The position numbers and the translations under genes are program-made. Below the pieces are notes generated by a model. That model did no database searches. It was not told the origin of the DNA and saw nothing but the letters and a program-made list of their open reading frames with translations. 64,000 bases of DNA from Limisphaerales bacterium (lineage in GTDB: Bacteria; Verrucomicrobiota; Verrucomicrobiia; Limisphaerales; CAIMTB01): contig JBFWOK010000008.1 in the NCBI GenBank assembly GCA_050250555.1, positions 4,635 through 68,634 on the forward strand, written 5' to 3'. Position 1 is the stretch's first letter. Each line of letters starts with the position of its first letter. Below, piece by piece: positions 62,589-64,000 of the stretch.

Positions 62589-64000
62589 TCAGAATAGCCT
62601 ACCCATCGCATCATTCAGCGCATCGATGCGGGGACAACAACAAGGCCCATCCACCACCACCTCCTCAGTCTGGCTTCGAAGAATAATGTCCTTATGAATT
62701 CCGACACCTAGGCCGCCGCCCACCTCCCCATTACCGCCAAGCTGGCGTTTCCCGGCAACGCTTATTGACACTTCTCCGGTGAAGACAGCCTTCACGGTTA
62801 CCTTGAAAGTAGCGCGATGCCTCTTGCCGGTGTCTGTGTTGATCGAGCAGGGAAGGTCCGATCTAGTGGGGAAATCTTCGGTCGCTGTGACGTCTATCTT
62901 TCCGCTTGAGCCGATGGAAAGGGGTCCCCACGAGACGCTTGGAATACTTGAGCCGACTTCGAGACTCCGGAGGTATAGCGGAAGGTCAATGACCTCTACG
63001 GAGAAGTGCCGCGCGTCTGGAGTACCATCTGGGCACGGATCGGTTTTCTCGTCCCAGAGCAGCTTCACCTTGAACTGGTGCTGAAAGGCTTCAACTTCCT
63101 CCGCCTTTAGTAGGAGCTCCCTTGATTGTCGCTCACTTCCGAAAGGATCAATTTCATTCGGGACAAAGTATGCGAGATACAGTGAATAGCCATCTTTGTA
63201 GTCCATACGGTCTCGTGAAATGAAAGTGCCGAGATCCGGACTGTATTGTCGCCGGCGAGCGCAGGAGAGGCCCGTCTCGAGATCCGAAATGTATCCTACG
63301 AAGGCGCGATCGAGACTCAAAGCGGATAAACCACCTGGCGGACTGCTGGCGCCAAGTGTGGACACTCGGCCAAAAGGAGCGTACCCAAATCGTTCCAGGA
63401 TTATGGCGTTAGAATCGGTGGTTGCCGCTGATGAGTAGAGGTGACCAGAATGAACAAATGATCTCTCTGATGGCGTCGCCAGGTACAGAATTTCATCAAT
63501 ATAGTCTCCGTACACATAGGTCATTGGTGGCGTCCTGGTGGGGGAATCGAGTATGGTCGTTGTGCCGCTGTCGGCCGAAGCATTGAGAATTGCCTTCGCT
63601 ATCACCTGGTCACGGCTCTGGAGATGGCGAGTCGTAGTGCGCCCTACGGTCTTGGCTAGCCTTCTTCCGAGCGCATCATATTGATAGGTTGCCACGGTGG
63701 GTTGGGCTGTGCCGGCCGCTGGCGCGGGAACCTCGGCCCGGGCAAGGCGGTTCTCGGGGTCCCAGGCGTACACCTGGCCCTTGTCGTCTTGGGTCAGATT
63801 CCCTTTGGCATCGTATCGGAGCTGCGCGAGGCCGAGGCCCGTCAGTTCGTGAACGGCGTTGTGCGCGCGCGGCTCGGGGACGCCGTTTCGGACGGTCTGT
63901 CTCCAGTCCCCCACCTTGGTGAGATCCCAGGTCTGAGTCTCCTCGGGACGAGCACCGCCCGCTGGCTTCGACCAGGCAATCAGACGGTCCGCGTCATCGT
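62589..64000 (-). CDS. RHS repeat-associated core protein, C-terminal part with a polymorphic toxin tip (5' end outside the window)
   Basis: The frame is open to the window edge ('DDADRLIAW...'). YD-type repeats 'LRYDAKGNLTQDDKGQVYAWDPENRL' and 'YQYDALGRRLAK'. Core end 'RRRQYSPDLGTFISRDRMDYKDGYSLYLAYFVPNEIDPFG', followed by an unrelated, lower-GC tail of ~175 aa. Confidence 0.85.
   Translation of the reverse strand, partial: DDADRLIAWSKPAGGARPEETQTWDLTKVGDWRQTVRNGVPEPRAHNAVHELTGLGLAQLRYDAKGNLTQDDKGQVYAWDPENRLARAEVPAPAAGTAQPTVATYQYDALGRRLAKTVGRTTTRHLQSRDQVIAKAILNASADSGTTTILDSPTRTPPMTYVYGDYIDEILYLATPSERSFVHSGHLYSSAATTDSNAIILERFGYAPFGRVSTLGASSPPGGLSALSLDRAFVGYISDLETGLSCARRRQYSPDLGTFISRDRMDYKDGYSLYLAYFVPNEIDPFGSERQSRELLLKAEEVEAFQHQFKVKLLWDEKTDPCPDGTPDARHFSVEVIDLPLYLRSLEVGSSIPSVSWGPLSIGSSGKIDVTATEDFPTRSDLPCSINTDTGKRHRATFKVTVKAVFTGEVSISVAGKRQLGGNGEVGGGLGVGIHKDIILRSQTEEVVVDGPCCCPRIDALNDAMGRLF

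Noticed and set aside
62408-62614. A 68-aa ORF overlapping the 3' end of the RHS gene, considered as the cognate immunity gene.
   Set aside because: It is W/R/G-rich with no hydrophobic core pattern, and it overlaps the toxin coding sequence by 26 nt. The evidence is too weak to call, so it is mentioned only as something to test.

Overview
This is a visibly high-GC chromosomal segment (GC not computed). Its gene content points to the PVC superphylum (Verrucomicrobiota or Planctomycetota): a PSD1/DUF1549/DUF1553 plus DUF1501 gene pair, a DUF1559-like pseudopilin, an ECF sigma factor with a Ser/Thr kinase, and dense REP-like hairpin repeats. The window opens inside dnaN, so it probably lies close to the replication origin.

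Positions 1-17 kb carry housekeeping and envelope genes: dnaN, a ResB-like cytochrome c biogenesis gene, lipoproteins, glycosyltransferases, a DegT-type aminotransferase, the PSD1/DUF1501 pair, and a sugar-acid catabolism cluster (DHDPS-family aldolase, IlvD/Edd dehydratase, GntP permease).

The main feature is a roughly 35 kb gene array at 17.5-52.8 kb, entirely on the plus strand and largely translationally coupled. It encodes a complete extracellular contractile injection system (eCIS, or phage-tail-like particle). Structural genes are a DUF4255 cap, two sheath/tube pairs, a tube-initiator-like protein, a gpD-like hub, a gpV/gp5-like spike, gp25, baseplate J, a P2-gpI-like wedge, a putative tape measure and an AAA+ ATPase.

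An accessory and cargo block follows. It holds two paralogous large proteins of unknown function, a methyltransferase-HExxH fusion, two DUF4157 toxin-type proteins (one of 1506 aa), an Lgt-like membrane protein and two small candidate immunity genes.

Unusual points in the eCIS locus:
- A two-helix transmembrane protein sits inside the baseplate operon where PAAR normally sits.
- The first sheath carries a repeat-containing insertion.
- The tube-initiator homologue has no LysM domain.
- REP-like hairpin elements fall exactly at the module boundaries.

Downstream are a PAP2/vanadium-haloperoxidase-like gene coupled to a pseudopilin, a Ser/Thr kinase with an ECF sigma factor, and a lower-GC island ending in an RHS toxin tip that runs off the window. 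No rRNA, tRNA or CRISPR array was seen.
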